A DNA stretch of 64,000 nt from Candidatus Scatocola faecigallinarum (GTDB lineage: Bacteria > Pseudomonadota > Alphaproteobacteria > RF32 > CAG-239): positions 67,158 through 131,157 of the forward strand of contig DVOM01000001.1 in the NCBI GenBank assembly GCA_018713605.1, written 5' to 3'. The notes beneath the pieces were generated by a model. The model was not told where the DNA came from and did not search any database. It saw nothing but the letters and a program-made list of their open reading frames with translations. Of this stretch, positions 19,876 through 30,239 are shown one piece after another (within the stretch, counting starts at the first letter, position 1; the number at the start of each line of letters is the position of its first letter). A program made the position numbers and the translations under genes.

Positions 19876-20523
19876 TTACTCGTCTTCTACCGAACGAAAG
19901 TACATCGCCCGGTAGGAAATCAGGTTTTCGCTTTCGGAATCCAGATAAAAACCTTCTTCCAAAGACTGTCCGGAATAAACGACATCGCGCTCAACCAGCC
20001 TGTCTTCCCTGGCATAAAGCTGAAATTCCCGGCGAAACCAGCGCTTTTCAAACCTGAAACACCGCGAACGCCGCCTGATTCTGGTATAAATGCTGAACGG
20101 ACATTTAAACGAACCGTATCCCAGTGTAAACTGAACATACTCTCCGGCGGAAAAACCGCTGCGGTATATAACCTCTTCCGGCTCAAGCACATAAAGTTTT
20201 TGCGAAAAAGGCTGATACACGGCATAAGCCCTGACCTCGCCGGATATTTCCGCCAGATAAACCGCATGCAGATTATCCGCGCGCGGACTGTAAAAATCGC
20301 CGGCCGCGCCGCTGTCTTCCGCAAATTTTATCCACGTCAGTTCAATTCCGTCGATACAATACCCCTCGGCTCTCAAAACCGGCTCGAGAACCATCAGGAC
20401 ATGTTCATGGCGAATTATCCTGAGCAGCGTGAGCAACTCGTCGTCAACCGGATACATTTTTCTTTTTTTTACCTGCGGGCCGCCGGCATCGCCTTTCTCC
20501 CGCCATGAATTTTCTTTTGACAT
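19876..20523 (-). CDS. Hypothetical protein, tandem paralog A (215 aa)
   Basis: It shares an ordered motif series with the adjacent ORF (YAVYQPFSQKLYVLEPEE vs AAYAPYSSKIYLLKDSGD), plus a basic R/F-rich segment. No known domain recognised. Confidence 0.55.
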   Translation of the reverse strand: MSKENSWREKGDAGGPQVKKRKMYPVDDELLTLLRIIRHEHVLMVLEPVLRAEGYCIDGIELTWIKFAEDSGAAGDFYSPRADNLHAVYLAEISGEVRAYAVYQPFSQKLYVLEPEEVIYRSGFSAGEYVQFTLGYGSFKCPFSIYTRIRRRSRCFRFEKRWFRREFQLYAREDRLVERDVVYSGQSLEEGFYLDSESENLISYRAMYFRSVEDE

Positions 20524-20528
20524 AATAC

Positions 20529-21182
20529 TTACTTTTTTCCGGTTAAACTAAACAGGTCGCTGTTCCGGTAACATTCGGAAAACAGAAAACCGTGCGCAAA
20601 AGCTTCCAACTCGTCCTTATGCTCACGGCTGACGGTTTTTCGAATTGAAGAATCGCCGATGAGACGCAAAAACGGCCGCCGCAGAAAAAACGTTTTTTCA
20701 ATCCGCGCCGTCCGGAAATACAGATAAACATATTTGTAAACGCCGGAACCGTTTTCCTGAAAGGAATATTTTACATTCAGGCGTACAATTCCCTCTGACG
20801 CGCCGCAATCAACAAACTCGGCTTTCCCCGGCAATCCGTCGCCGGAATCTTTCAGAAGATAAATCTTCGACGAATAAGGCGCATACGCGGCCAAAAAATC
20901 TTCGCCGCCGCGGCTTGTTTTGAACACGAACAGAGACAATACGCCGCCGACGCAGTCGTAAAAATGCAACTCCCGGACAAACGGACAGTTTGCCAAAACG
21001 TTCACATTCCGAAAACCGATTTTTCCGACCGAATAACCGGCATCCTTAAGCACAGGCGTGCAAAGTTCTTCTACCTGACGAAAATAAATTTTTTTCAGAT
21101 TAAACAGCGCAGCGTCATCTACCGTAAGTTTCCGCATTGTAATATCTTCTTCCCAAACGCGGTCTTTCCTGTTATTTTCCAT
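20529..21182 (-). CDS. Hypothetical protein, tandem paralog B (217 aa)
   Basis: Paralogous to 19876..20523, with only a 5-nt intergenic gap. Confidence 0.55.
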   Translation of the reverse strand: MENNRKDRVWEEDITMRKLTVDDAALFNLKKIYFRQVEELCTPVLKDAGYSVGKIGFRNVNVLANCPFVRELHFYDCVGGVLSLFVFKTSRGGEDFLAAYAPYSSKIYLLKDSGDGLPGKAEFVDCGASEGIVRLNVKYSFQENGSGVYKYVYLYFRTARIEKTFFLRRPFLRLIGDSSIRKTVSREHKDELEAFAHGFLFSECYRNSDLFSLTGKK

Positions 21183-21257
21183 AATTCATACAATTTTATA
21201 AGGTTTGCTGCCTGTTAAAATATTCTATTTCGGAAAATTTGTCAAATTATATTCTTT

Positions 21258-22589
21258 TCAGGAATTGACGACCGTAATATTGTCCGCCAAAATCGACGGA
21301 GAGCCGAACGGCGAACAATAGAAGGTCAAATCGTTGCCTACGGCGCGGATGTCTTTGAGCAGCCGGTAAATATTGCCGGAAAAGGTAAACTGCTTCAGAG
21401 GCCGGCCGATTTTTCCGTTTTTGACTTCAAAGCCTTCCGCCGCAGCCGAAAAATCACCGGTTACCGTATTCAGGCCGACACGCAGCCCGTTAATTTTGTC
21501 AATATACACACCGTTGTCAAGTTCGCGGAGCAGCGTTTCGGGCGGCAGTACCCCTTTTTGAACGTAAAAATTAAAAATTTCGGCTTCCTGCATGCCGCTG
21601 CCGTTGCCGGTACTATCACAGCCATGCTTGTCCGCCATGCACAAACCGTACAGAAATGTCTGCAAAACGCCGTTTTTAACCACTTCCTTATATTTCGTCG
21701 GCACGCCTTCGCCGTCAAAGGGAACCGTGGCAAATCCGCCCTCAAGCCACGGATTGTCAATAATCGTCAGCAGCGGAGAGGCAATCTGTTCGCCGATCTT
21801 GCCTTTCAACCGCGAACGGCCGGTCTCAACCTCATACGCGTCGAAAATGCCCGCAATCGCTCCCAAAAACTCGGCAAACCGGCGGTTTTCAAAAATGACC
21901 GACATCTTTTGCGGCACAACGTCCGTCGGATTCAGATGCGCCAGAACCCTGTCGACGGCATTGCGTGCCAGACAGGCAGGATCAAAATCCGCTTCCTTGT
22001 CAAAACAGACGCTGGCTCCGTAAGAGCGGATACCGCCGTTGTCTTTGGCGCTCAACAAAATATAAGCGCCGGCCGCCGACGTTTCGTCTTCCAGATTCAA
22101 GCCGAGCGAATTTCGAATAAGCAGTTTCCGCTTTTTTTTGTAAAAAGAGGTGTAAATAACCTGATGAATACGCTTGTCTGCCGCATAAGCCAGCCTTTCC
22201 GCCTCTCTCAGATACGCTGCCGGATCAAGCGCGGCAAGCCTGTCATCCTGAGGACGGTACGGATGAACTGCCCGATATTCGCCATGTCCGTCATAAAAAA
22301 AGAATTTCTCGTCGCAATCCATCAGCGCGGCATTGGCCGCGGCTTCGCCGACGACAAACGCCGCCTCGGCAACATCAAAACATTCGGTTACAAAATGTCC
22401 GATTTTGTCTCCGGCCTTCACGGCCAGATTAAGACGCCGTACCGCCGAAGCACCCTGTTTGCTGACTTTTTGCTCAAAAACCTGAATATCAGAACTTTCG
22501 CTTTCAACATATTTGACCTGACACTCGTCCAATCCCCGCTTTCGGGCTTCAGCGAACAAAGCGTCGATAAAATCGTTGATTTCCGTCAT
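21258..22589 (-). CDS. pmbA: Metalloprotease PmbA (TldE)
   Basis: TldD/PmbA family. Start set at MTEINDF, which overlaps the tldD stop as ATGA. Confidence 0.85.
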   Translation of the reverse strand: MTEINDFIDALFAEARKRGLDECQVKYVESESSDIQVFEQKVSKQGASAVRRLNLAVKAGDKIGHFVTECFDVAEAAFVVGEAAANAALMDCDEKFFFYDGHGEYRAVHPYRPQDDRLAALDPAAYLREAERLAYAADKRIHQVIYTSFYKKKRKLLIRNSLGLNLEDETSAAGAYILLSAKDNGGIRSYGASVCFDKEADFDPACLARNAVDRVLAHLNPTDVVPQKMSVIFENRRFAEFLGAIAGIFDAYEVETGRSRLKGKIGEQIASPLLTIIDNPWLEGGFATVPFDGEGVPTKYKEVVKNGVLQTFLYGLCMADKHGCDSTGNGSGMQEAEIFNFYVQKGVLPPETLLRELDNGVYIDKINGLRVGLNTVTGDFSAAAEGFEVKNGKIGRPLKQFTFSGNIYRLLKDIRAVGNDLTFYCSPFGSPSILADNITVVNS

Positions 22590-23971
22590 TTCTGCCCTCC
22601 GACCGCAATTTCCGCCACCCGCAGAGTCGGCGTTCCGTGACAAACCGGCACCCAGCCGGATTTTGAACCGCATTGTCCGCCGCCGCGCATTCCCGGATTG
22701 TTGCCGACCATATCAATATTTCTGAGAATTTCGCTGCCGTTGCCGATAAGTTTGGCTCCCCGCAGCGGGCGCGTAATCCGGCCGTTTTCAATCAAATAGG
22801 CGCGGCTGACCGAAAAATTAAAGTCTCCGGTTTCCGTATTTACAGAACCGCCCCTTATCTGCGCCGCAAAGATTCCGTGTTCTGTCGCCGCAACAATGTC
22901 CTCCGGACGGTTCTCCCCGCCGAGGATAAACGTATTGTTCATGCGGGATGTCGGCACATACTCGTAAGATTCCCGCCGCGCACTGCCGGTCGGTTCCATT
23001 CGCATCCGCCGGCCGTTAAAACGGTCAACCAGATAACCTTTCAGAATGCCCTTTTCAATCAGAACGTTACGCCGTGTGGGAATACCCTCGTCGTCAATAT
23101 TGGTTGCCCCCCATTGATTCGGCAGCGTTCCGTCGTCAACCATCGTTACCAGCGGACTGGCAATCTGTTCGCCGAGCCGGTCGCAGAAAACCGAGGCATT
23201 GCGAGCAACAGCCGTCGCTTCCAGCGAATGCCCGCACGCCTCGTGAAAAAGCACGCCGCCGATTTCCCGAGCCAGAACCACCGGCATTTTGCCTGCCGGA
23301 CAATTATCTGCCGCCAACATTTCCACCGCCTGGCGCACGGTTTCCTCCGCGACCTCGTACAGATCGGTTTCATCAATCATTTCAAGACCTTGCAACATTC
23401 CCTTCGTCCAGAAGTTTTCAAAACGGCGGCCGCCGTCCTCAACCTTGACACTGAAACCGAGCCGGGTTCTGACACGCCGGTCTTCCGCCAGCAAACCGTC
23501 GCTGTTGGCAATGAATATTTCTTGAATCTTACTGCTTTGAGTGACGTCTACCCGGGAAACTTCACGGGCCGCGGCATAACCGTAATAGGAAAACTTTTTA
23601 AGCAGCGCCGCCTTTTCTTTCGATGGCACGGACATCGGACTTATCTGAATTTTATGCCTGTTTTCAATATCCTGCCGAACCAGATTCACCGAGTTAATCA
23701 GCTTTTCGCCGTCGATGGCGACTGAAGCCGCTGCCGCCGCTTTCATCAGTCCCGCTTCGCTGAGATCGTTTGTATAGGCATAGCCGCAGAAATTATCCTT
23801 AAAAACCCGTATTCCGGCACCCAGCCGCAGCCCTGAAGACAAACCGTCAATTTTGCCGGCCCCGGCCGTAAGGGAAGAATAACGCAGTTTCTCGGCAAAA
23901 ATCTCGGCAAAATCGGCACCGCTTTCCGAAGCCTTCAGCAAAACCCGTTCCGTCAGATTTTTCTCAAGCAT
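22586..23971 (-). CDS. tldD: Metalloprotease TldD
   Basis: 461 aa. HEACGHSLEA (HExxxH) motif. GxC-rich C-terminus. Confidence 0.9.
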   Translation of the reverse strand: MLEKNLTERVLLKASESGADFAEIFAEKLRYSSLTAGAGKIDGLSSGLRLGAGIRVFKDNFCGYAYTNDLSEAGLMKAAAAASVAIDGEKLINSVNLVRQDIENRHKIQISPMSVPSKEKAALLKKFSYYGYAAAREVSRVDVTQSSKIQEIFIANSDGLLAEDRRVRTRLGFSVKVEDGGRRFENFWTKGMLQGLEMIDETDLYEVAEETVRQAVEMLAADNCPAGKMPVVLAREIGGVLFHEACGHSLEATAVARNASVFCDRLGEQIASPLVTMVDDGTLPNQWGATNIDDEGIPTRRNVLIEKGILKGYLVDRFNGRRMRMEPTGSARRESYEYVPTSRMNNTFILGGENRPEDIVAATEHGIFAAQIRGGSVNTETGDFNFSVSRAYLIENGRITRPLRGAKLIGNGSEILRNIDMVGNNPGMRGGGQCGSKSGWVPVCHGTPTLRVAEIAVGGQK

Positions 23972-24019
23972 AACTTTCCCTTTAAGCGGATTAAAACAAA
24001 GATTATTTACAAACTCGCC

Positions 24020-24748
24020 TTACGCTTCTTCACGCAAACTGCCGCGAAAACCCTGACAGACGAGATACGTTTCCGGCGAACCCTGTCGGCTGGCGTCAGG
24101 CTTGCAGTGCCCGACCTTTTTAAAGTTTTTCTTCGCGTCGGCCAGCAGCGAACCTTCCGCCCCGCCTTGAAAAACCTTGGCAATAAAAATGCCGTCGTCG
24201 GCCAAAACCTCTTTGGCGAACTCATAAGCGGCCTCCACCAGCCCGATGGTGCGCAAATGGTCCGTCTGCTGGTGTCCGGTCGTGTTTGCGGCCATGTCGC
24301 TCATCACAATGTCCGCCTTGCCGTTTAAAAGCGCCTTAAGCCTGTCTGCGGCGTCAGCCTCGGTAAAGTCCTGCTGAATCAGTGTCGCGCCTTCAATCGG
24401 CTGCGTTTCCAGAATATCCATACCGACCACCTGCCCGGTTCCCTTGTTGCGCATGACCGCAACCTGCGTCCAGCCGCCCGGCGCACAGCCGAGATCGACA
24501 ATCGTCCGGCCCTTGCCGAGAAAACGGTATTTTTCGTCAAGTTGAATCAGCTTGAACGCCGCCCGCGAACGATACCCCAGACGTTTTGATTCCGCAACGT
24601 ACGGATCGTTCAACTGACGTTCCAGCCAGCGATTGGACGACTTGTCGCGATATTTCGAGGTCTTGACCCGCACCGTCAGTTGATGACGGCCGCGAACCTC
24701 TTTAGCCGATTTCGTGAGTTTTGCCATTTTCTTCCACCAGTTCGTCAA
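24020..24748 (-). CDS. rlmE: 23S rRNA (uridine2552-2'-O) methyltransferase RlmE/FtsJ
   Basis: RSRAAFKLIQLDEKYRF and DLGCAPGGW SAM motif. The start may be the internal MAKLTKS at 24727. Confidence 0.85.
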   Translation of the reverse strand: MTNWWKKMAKLTKSAKEVRGRHQLTVRVKTSKYRDKSSNRWLERQLNDPYVAESKRLGYRSRAAFKLIQLDEKYRFLGKGRTIVDLGCAPGGWTQVAVMRNKGTGQVVGMDILETQPIEGATLIQQDFTEADAADRLKALLNGKADIVMSDMAANTTGHQQTDHLRTIGLVEAAYEFAKEVLADDGIFIAKVFQGGAEGSLLADAKKNFKKVGHCKPDASRQGSPETYLVCQGFRGSLREEA

Positions 24749-25667
24749 TAATTCCGTCTTTGGCGCTTTTCAGCGAAGCCGTCAGCTTCCGTACGCCAAG
24801 ACCGTCATAAATCGTCTTAAATATAATGCTGGCCGCCTGAAAAATAAAGGAACGCTTTTCGCCCACATAAGGAACTTTCGCCAGTTTCTCTCGCGGCAGG
24901 GCATTAATTTCGCCGATAACCCGGTCCATCTCGTCAACCCCGACTTCCTCGCCGTCTGCACGGTCGCGGTCATATTCGCCGTACTGCCTTATCCACGACG
25001 TAAGCCTGAGCGGCGTGCTCGACGTTGCCACGCAGCAGACTTTCCCTTCATATTCCTTCAGCTTGCAGCCGATACAGAAACTGCCGACCTGTTGCCGAAT
25101 CTCGTTGCGAAGCTTTTCGGCCTTTTCCGGTTCGTAATTTTCCAGTCCGAAAGCTTCCGTGGCGTTGCGCGCCCCCCAGGGAATGGAAACCGTATACAGA
25201 ATTTCGGGCTTGTCATTATTGGTTGCCAGCGTAATCTCGGTCGAACCGCCGCCCAAATCATAAACCAGAACATAAGGCGCCTTGCCTTTTACATTTACCA
25301 GAGCGCCTTTCAGATTGAGCCGCGCCTCTTCGTAACCGTCCACAACTTCGATTCCGATACCGGTCTCCGCCCGCACCTTTTCGACAAAAGCCGCGCCGTT
25401 AGACGCCATGCGGCAGCCGGCGGTTGCAATCGCACGATATTTCGTGACTCCGAACTTTTTCATCTGCTCGGAAAATTTCCTAAAACATTTCAGCCCGCGT
25501 TCAAATGCTTCTTCCGTAAACCTCATTTCCGGATACATGCCTTCGCCCAACCGCGTCGTAACAATATCCTTATACAGCTCCCGGCCCTTTTCATCGGCAA
25601 TCAGCAGCCGACAGGAGTTCGTTCCCAGGTCAATGGCGGCAAAAACATCTTTGGTCATGGTTTTCAT
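24702..25667 (-). CDS. Ppx/GppA-family phosphatase, copy 1
   Basis: AAIDLGTNSCRLLIA N-terminal actin-like ATPase motif. Confidence 0.85.
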   Translation of the reverse strand: MKTMTKDVFAAIDLGTNSCRLLIADEKGRELYKDIVTTRLGEGMYPEMRFTEEAFERGLKCFRKFSEQMKKFGVTKYRAIATAGCRMASNGAAFVEKVRAETGIGIEVVDGYEEARLNLKGALVNVKGKAPYVLVYDLGGGSTEITLATNNDKPEILYTVSIPWGARNATEAFGLENYEPEKAEKLRNEIRQQVGSFCIGCKLKEYEGKVCCVATSSTPLRLTSWIRQYGEYDRDRADGEEVGVDEMDRVIGEINALPREKLAKVPYVGEKRSFIFQAASIIFKTIYDGLGVRKLTASLKSAKDGIIDELVEENGKTHEIG

Positions 25668-26794
25668 TCCTGTTTGGTTTTAGAGGGATTTCCGTTTTCG
25701 GGGCGGGCACTGCGGCGCCGGAAAGGCGGATGAAACTTTTTCCTTTTGTTGTAAAAATTTTTGCTTCTGTTGCTGTGCATCATGTCCAGCAGAATTCCCT
25801 CGCGAATGCCGCGGTCAGCCACCGTAATTTCCTCAATCGGCCAAAACGAACACAGCCCTTCGATAATCGCACAGCCGGCCATCGTCAAATCGGCTTTCTG
25901 CGCACCGATGCACGGATGCTTTTTGCGGCCTTCGTCTCCAAGCCGCTTGATTTTTGCAATCGCCCGGTCAATGTCCTGCCGGGTAATGGAAATACCGTCA
26001 ACCGCCGAGCGGTTATAGCGCGGCAGATTCAAATGCACGGCTCCCAGCACCGTAACCGTGCCTGAAGTGCCGATAATCTGAATCTCCTGATTTTTAATCG
26101 CTTCACGGATGTTGTATTTTTCGTCAAACTCCTTCAGCAGCTTATGCGTCCGCTCAATAATCGTATCATAGGCCAGCGCCGTCATGTCCTGCGACGGAAA
26201 CGCTTCCGAAATCGTAACCACGCCGTACGGCAGCGAAACAAACCCCTCAATAAACGTCTTGCCGCTGTTGGTAACCCTTGCCAGCGAAATCTCCGTCGAA
26301 CCGCCGCCTATGTCAAAGACCAAAGCCCGCCTGATGTTGCGGTTCAAAAGCGGAATACAGCCGACCACAGCCAGCCGGGACTCTTCCTTGGAAGAAATCG
26401 TTTCAATCGTCAGGCCGGTTTCCTTTTTGACCAAATCAAGAAATTCCTTGCAGTTTTTGGCCCGGCGGCAAGCTGCCGTCGCCACGAAACGGGAACGGTA
26501 AATCGGCGCATATTCCTCAATAACGCCGGCACAAACCTTCAGTGCGTTAATTGTCCGGCGCATGGCCGGACGCGACAATTCGTTGTCATTGATAATCCCC
26601 TCTCCCAACCGCGTAATTTTGGAAAAAGTCTCAACGATGCGGAAGGAAGCCGGGGTCGGACTGGCAATTACCAGCCGGCAGGAATTGGTTCCCAAGTCGA
26701 TGGCGGCAAAATTTTTCTGCGCCTGAGAGGCGCCTTTGTTCGGAACCGTGACATTTCCGGGCTTGTTATTGTTTTTCTTGTACCATTTTTGCAT
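25664..26794 (-). CDS. Ppx/GppA-family phosphatase, copy 2
   Basis: AAIDLGTNSCRLVIA. Tandem paralog of the previous gene, overlapping it by 4 nt. Confidence 0.85.
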   Translation of the reverse strand: MQKWYKKNNNKPGNVTVPNKGASQAQKNFAAIDLGTNSCRLVIASPTPASFRIVETFSKITRLGEGIINDNELSRPAMRRTINALKVCAGVIEEYAPIYRSRFVATAACRRAKNCKEFLDLVKKETGLTIETISSKEESRLAVVGCIPLLNRNIRRALVFDIGGGSTEISLARVTNSGKTFIEGFVSLPYGVVTISEAFPSQDMTALAYDTIIERTHKLLKEFDEKYNIREAIKNQEIQIIGTSGTVTVLGAVHLNLPRYNRSAVDGISITRQDIDRAIAKIKRLGDEGRKKHPCIGAQKADLTMAGCAIIEGLCSFWPIEEITVADRGIREGILLDMMHSNRSKNFYNKRKKFHPPFRRRSARPENGNPSKTKQE

Positions 26795-26934
26795 TAATAT
26801 TGTTCAATTCTTCGTAAAATTCCGCATTTCGTAAAAATATAAACCATAAATTCTTCCGGCACAATAATTTTATCGGTTTTTTTTAACAAAAAAACCCGGC
26901 ATTGCCGCCGGGTTCAAAGCATTGAAGAACAAAG

Positions 26935-28047
<1,113 letters not shown>

Positions 28048-28092
28048 CTAAGGTTACATTATCACTCTGCAGCCAGTATGATAGACAGATGG

Positions 28093-28135
28093 TTATAAAT
28101 TTATTAACGGGAATCAAAAAAAACTCCCGGGAATC
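28093..28135. promoter_or_regulatory. ccrM upstream region with two GAATC (GANTC) sites 20 bp apart (28111..28115 and 28131..28135) and a CtrA-box-like TTAT-N7-TTAAC (28093..28108)
   Basis: Read from the sequence. It lies 60-100 bp upstream of the ccrM ATG. Confidence 0.35.
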
Positions 28136-28231
28136 TGCTCCTTTCGGTAAGCTTTTATTTTTTCAGGCAAAATATATTTAAACGCCGCAGCGGCTCCGCA
28201 TAGTCAATGCGGAACCGCTGCAAATTCGCAT

Positions 28232-28825
28232 TCAGGCCGACGGAAGTTTTCCGGCAAAGCCCGTCAGAACCCTCATCAGTTCGTCGTCGGAAGGCATCAG
28301 CGCCGCCTCCGCTTCGTCAAACAAAGCTTTCAGCCGTGGTATCTTCCGCAACTGTCCGATACATTTGTTCTCAATCAGAAAAATGCCGGCCATTTCCTCC
28401 AAATCCTTGTCGGGGATTTTCTCGTCCCAGACAATCAGCACGTCGGCAACAGCCCGTGCTGCCGTAATTCCGTCCAGATACCGGCTTTCGATTTTGCTTA
28501 CCAGCCCGAACAGATGTCCGAAAACCGGCGGATACTCTTCGGTCAAAGTCGGATTCATCAGTATCCATGAACAGATGTCCTTGAAGTGACCGATGCATTG
28601 GTACATAATCGAATAGTTCCAAATCGAAAACTCTCTGCTGTCCGTCCGCTGCCGCTCGCGTTTTTCGTCATCAAGCTGTTGTCCCATAAGCGTCAGGATG
28701 CTTTCCCGCATCAGCGCCTTGTTCTCCCAGTCGTCGCCATGCTCTATTTGGGCATGAACGCTTTCGGAAAGCTCCAAAACCAGATAAATCCGGTTAAGTG
28801 CCTTAACCATCTCCCGTTTATCCAT
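28232..28825 (-). CDS. Hypothetical protein, member 1 of a tandem paralog pair
   Basis: 197 aa. Its N-terminus MDKREMVKALNRIYLVLE and the central block EEYPPVFGHLFGL match the adjacent ORF. Confidence 0.5.
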   Translation of the reverse strand: MDKREMVKALNRIYLVLELSESVHAQIEHGDDWENKALMRESILTLMGQQLDDEKRERQRTDSREFSIWNYSIMYQCIGHFKDICSWILMNPTLTEEYPPVFGHLFGLVSKIESRYLDGITAARAVADVLIVWDEKIPDKDLEEMAGIFLIENKCIGQLRKIPRLKALFDEAEAALMPSDDELMRVLTGFAGKLPSA

Positions 28826-28851
28826 AATTCAACATGTTAAAAAGTTAAACA

Positions 28852-29418
28852 TCAGGCTTCGGGAAGCCCGTCGCCGTTTTTGAAAAATCCCAGCCGCTTA
28901 TGCGTTTCGGCAGCCATTTCCTCTTCCGCCATTTTTATCACTCGCGGAATTTTTGCCGCCGCCTCCCAGGGCTTGTCAAAATTAAGCGCTTCAAACCAGT
29001 AGATAAAGTTGAGAAAAGTGTCTTCCGTCAAAAACTTGTCAGCCGCAGCCATCATTCTGGCTGTTTCCGTCATCACCATTTCCGTTTCGGTCTGCGACAG
29101 ATATTTATAAGAACTGCGCAGCAAAACGTTAAACAACACCGGAAACATCGGCGGATTGGGTTTTACGGCCGTCGGCGAACGTCTTACCTTCCGGCACACT
29201 CCGACATAATCGTCCAACAGAGCGCCGAGTTTTTCCAGACACCATTGTTCGCTGAAATCGTCAAAACTCATACCCGGACACGCTTCCGCCAGAACACTCG
29301 CCAAAACTCTTATGTTGGCTTCGTCCGCAAGCGCTCTGTACTGGCATAACAGGGCTTCGATAACACTGGCTTCGAGATGAATCTGATTCAGGGCTCGAAC
29401 TAATTCTGCATTCGTCAT
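28852..29418 (-). CDS. Hypothetical protein, member 2 of a tandem paralog pair
   Basis: 188 aa. N-terminus MTNAELVRALNQIHLEAS and central block PNPPMFPVLFNVL. Confidence 0.5.
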   Translation of the reverse strand: MTNAELVRALNQIHLEASVIEALLCQYRALADEANIRVLASVLAEACPGMSFDDFSEQWCLEKLGALLDDYVGVCRKVRRSPTAVKPNPPMFPVLFNVLLRSSYKYLSQTETEMVMTETARMMAAADKFLTEDTFLNFIYWFEALNFDKPWEAAAKIPRVIKMAEEEMAAETHKRLGFFKNGDGLPEA

Positions 29419-29501
29419 AATATATTAATTTTTAAAAAGTAAATAATTCGGTTTTAAGCAACCGAATTATTGCCTGTTTTTAAAATTTTGTCAATTTTTC
29501 T

Positions 29502-30128
29502 TTAGGCTGAATGCAAAAATTCCTGAATCGGACGATACGACTTGCGGTGCTCGGGAGTCACACCGTGCCGTTTCAGCCCGTCGATATGCGCTTTCGTACC
29601 ATAGCCGGCATTTTTTTCAAAAGCATAATAAGGGTATTTCTGTGCCAGCTCCCGCATCAGATGATCCCGGTAAACCTTGGCCGCAATTGACGCTGCGGCA
29701 ATTGACATACAGCGCGCGTCTCCCTTGACAACGGTTCGGGTACGGCAGGGAAAATCCTTCGGCGTCTGATTGCCGTCAATAATCGCAAATTCCGGTTTTT
29801 CCTTCAATGCTTCAACGGCTCTTTTCATTGCTGCAAAAGTGGCCTGAAGAATGTTGCAGCGGTCAATTTCCTCAGCGCTTGCCTGTCCGATGCCGATAAA
29901 CAGACGGCCGTTTTTCTCCTCTTCCCGCAGTTTTTCATACAACAGCTCGCGTTTTTTGGCCGAAATCTTTTTGGAGTCGTCCAAACCCTTCAGCAATTCG
30001 TCGCCAAGATTACGGTCACGAATAATCACGGCTCCGGCCACCACCGGTCCGGCCCATGGCCCCCGCCCCGCTTCGTCGACGCCGGCCACCATACAGTTCA
30101 GACTGTCTTCTATTTCAAAATCAGGCAT
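29502..30128 (-). CDS. rnhB: Ribonuclease HII
   Basis: GVDEAGRGPWAGPVVAGAV and DDSKKIS motifs. Confidence 0.9.
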   Translation of the reverse strand: MPDFEIEDSLNCMVAGVDEAGRGPWAGPVVAGAVIIRDRNLGDELLKGLDDSKKISAKKRELLYEKLREEEKNGRLFIGIGQASAEEIDRCNILQATFAAMKRAVEALKEKPEFAIIDGNQTPKDFPCRTRTVVKGDARCMSIAAASIAAKVYRDHLMRELAQKYPYYAFEKNAGYGTKAHIDGLKRHGVTPEHRKSYRPIQEFLHSA

Positions 30129-30187
30129 TTCAGGCTCCTTTGCTATACGGCTAATCTAGATTAATCCACCGCGGCTGTCAACCGGCA

Positions 30188-30218
30188 CAAAAAAAAGAGG
30201 TTCATAAAAGAACCCCTT
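30188..30218 (-). terminator. Hairpin terminator downstream of rdgB
   Basis: aagaggttc-ataaaa-gaacccctt with one mismatch, followed on the minus strand by tttttttt. Confidence 0.5.
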
Positions 30219-30239
30219 TGCTTTCCGGAACCGGTCCGT

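Noticed and set aside
21558-23725. 360-aa and 350-aa + strand ORFs
   Set aside because: Antisense to pmbA and tldD.
24714-25733. 339-aa + strand ORF
   Set aside because: Antisense to the first Ppx/GppA gene.
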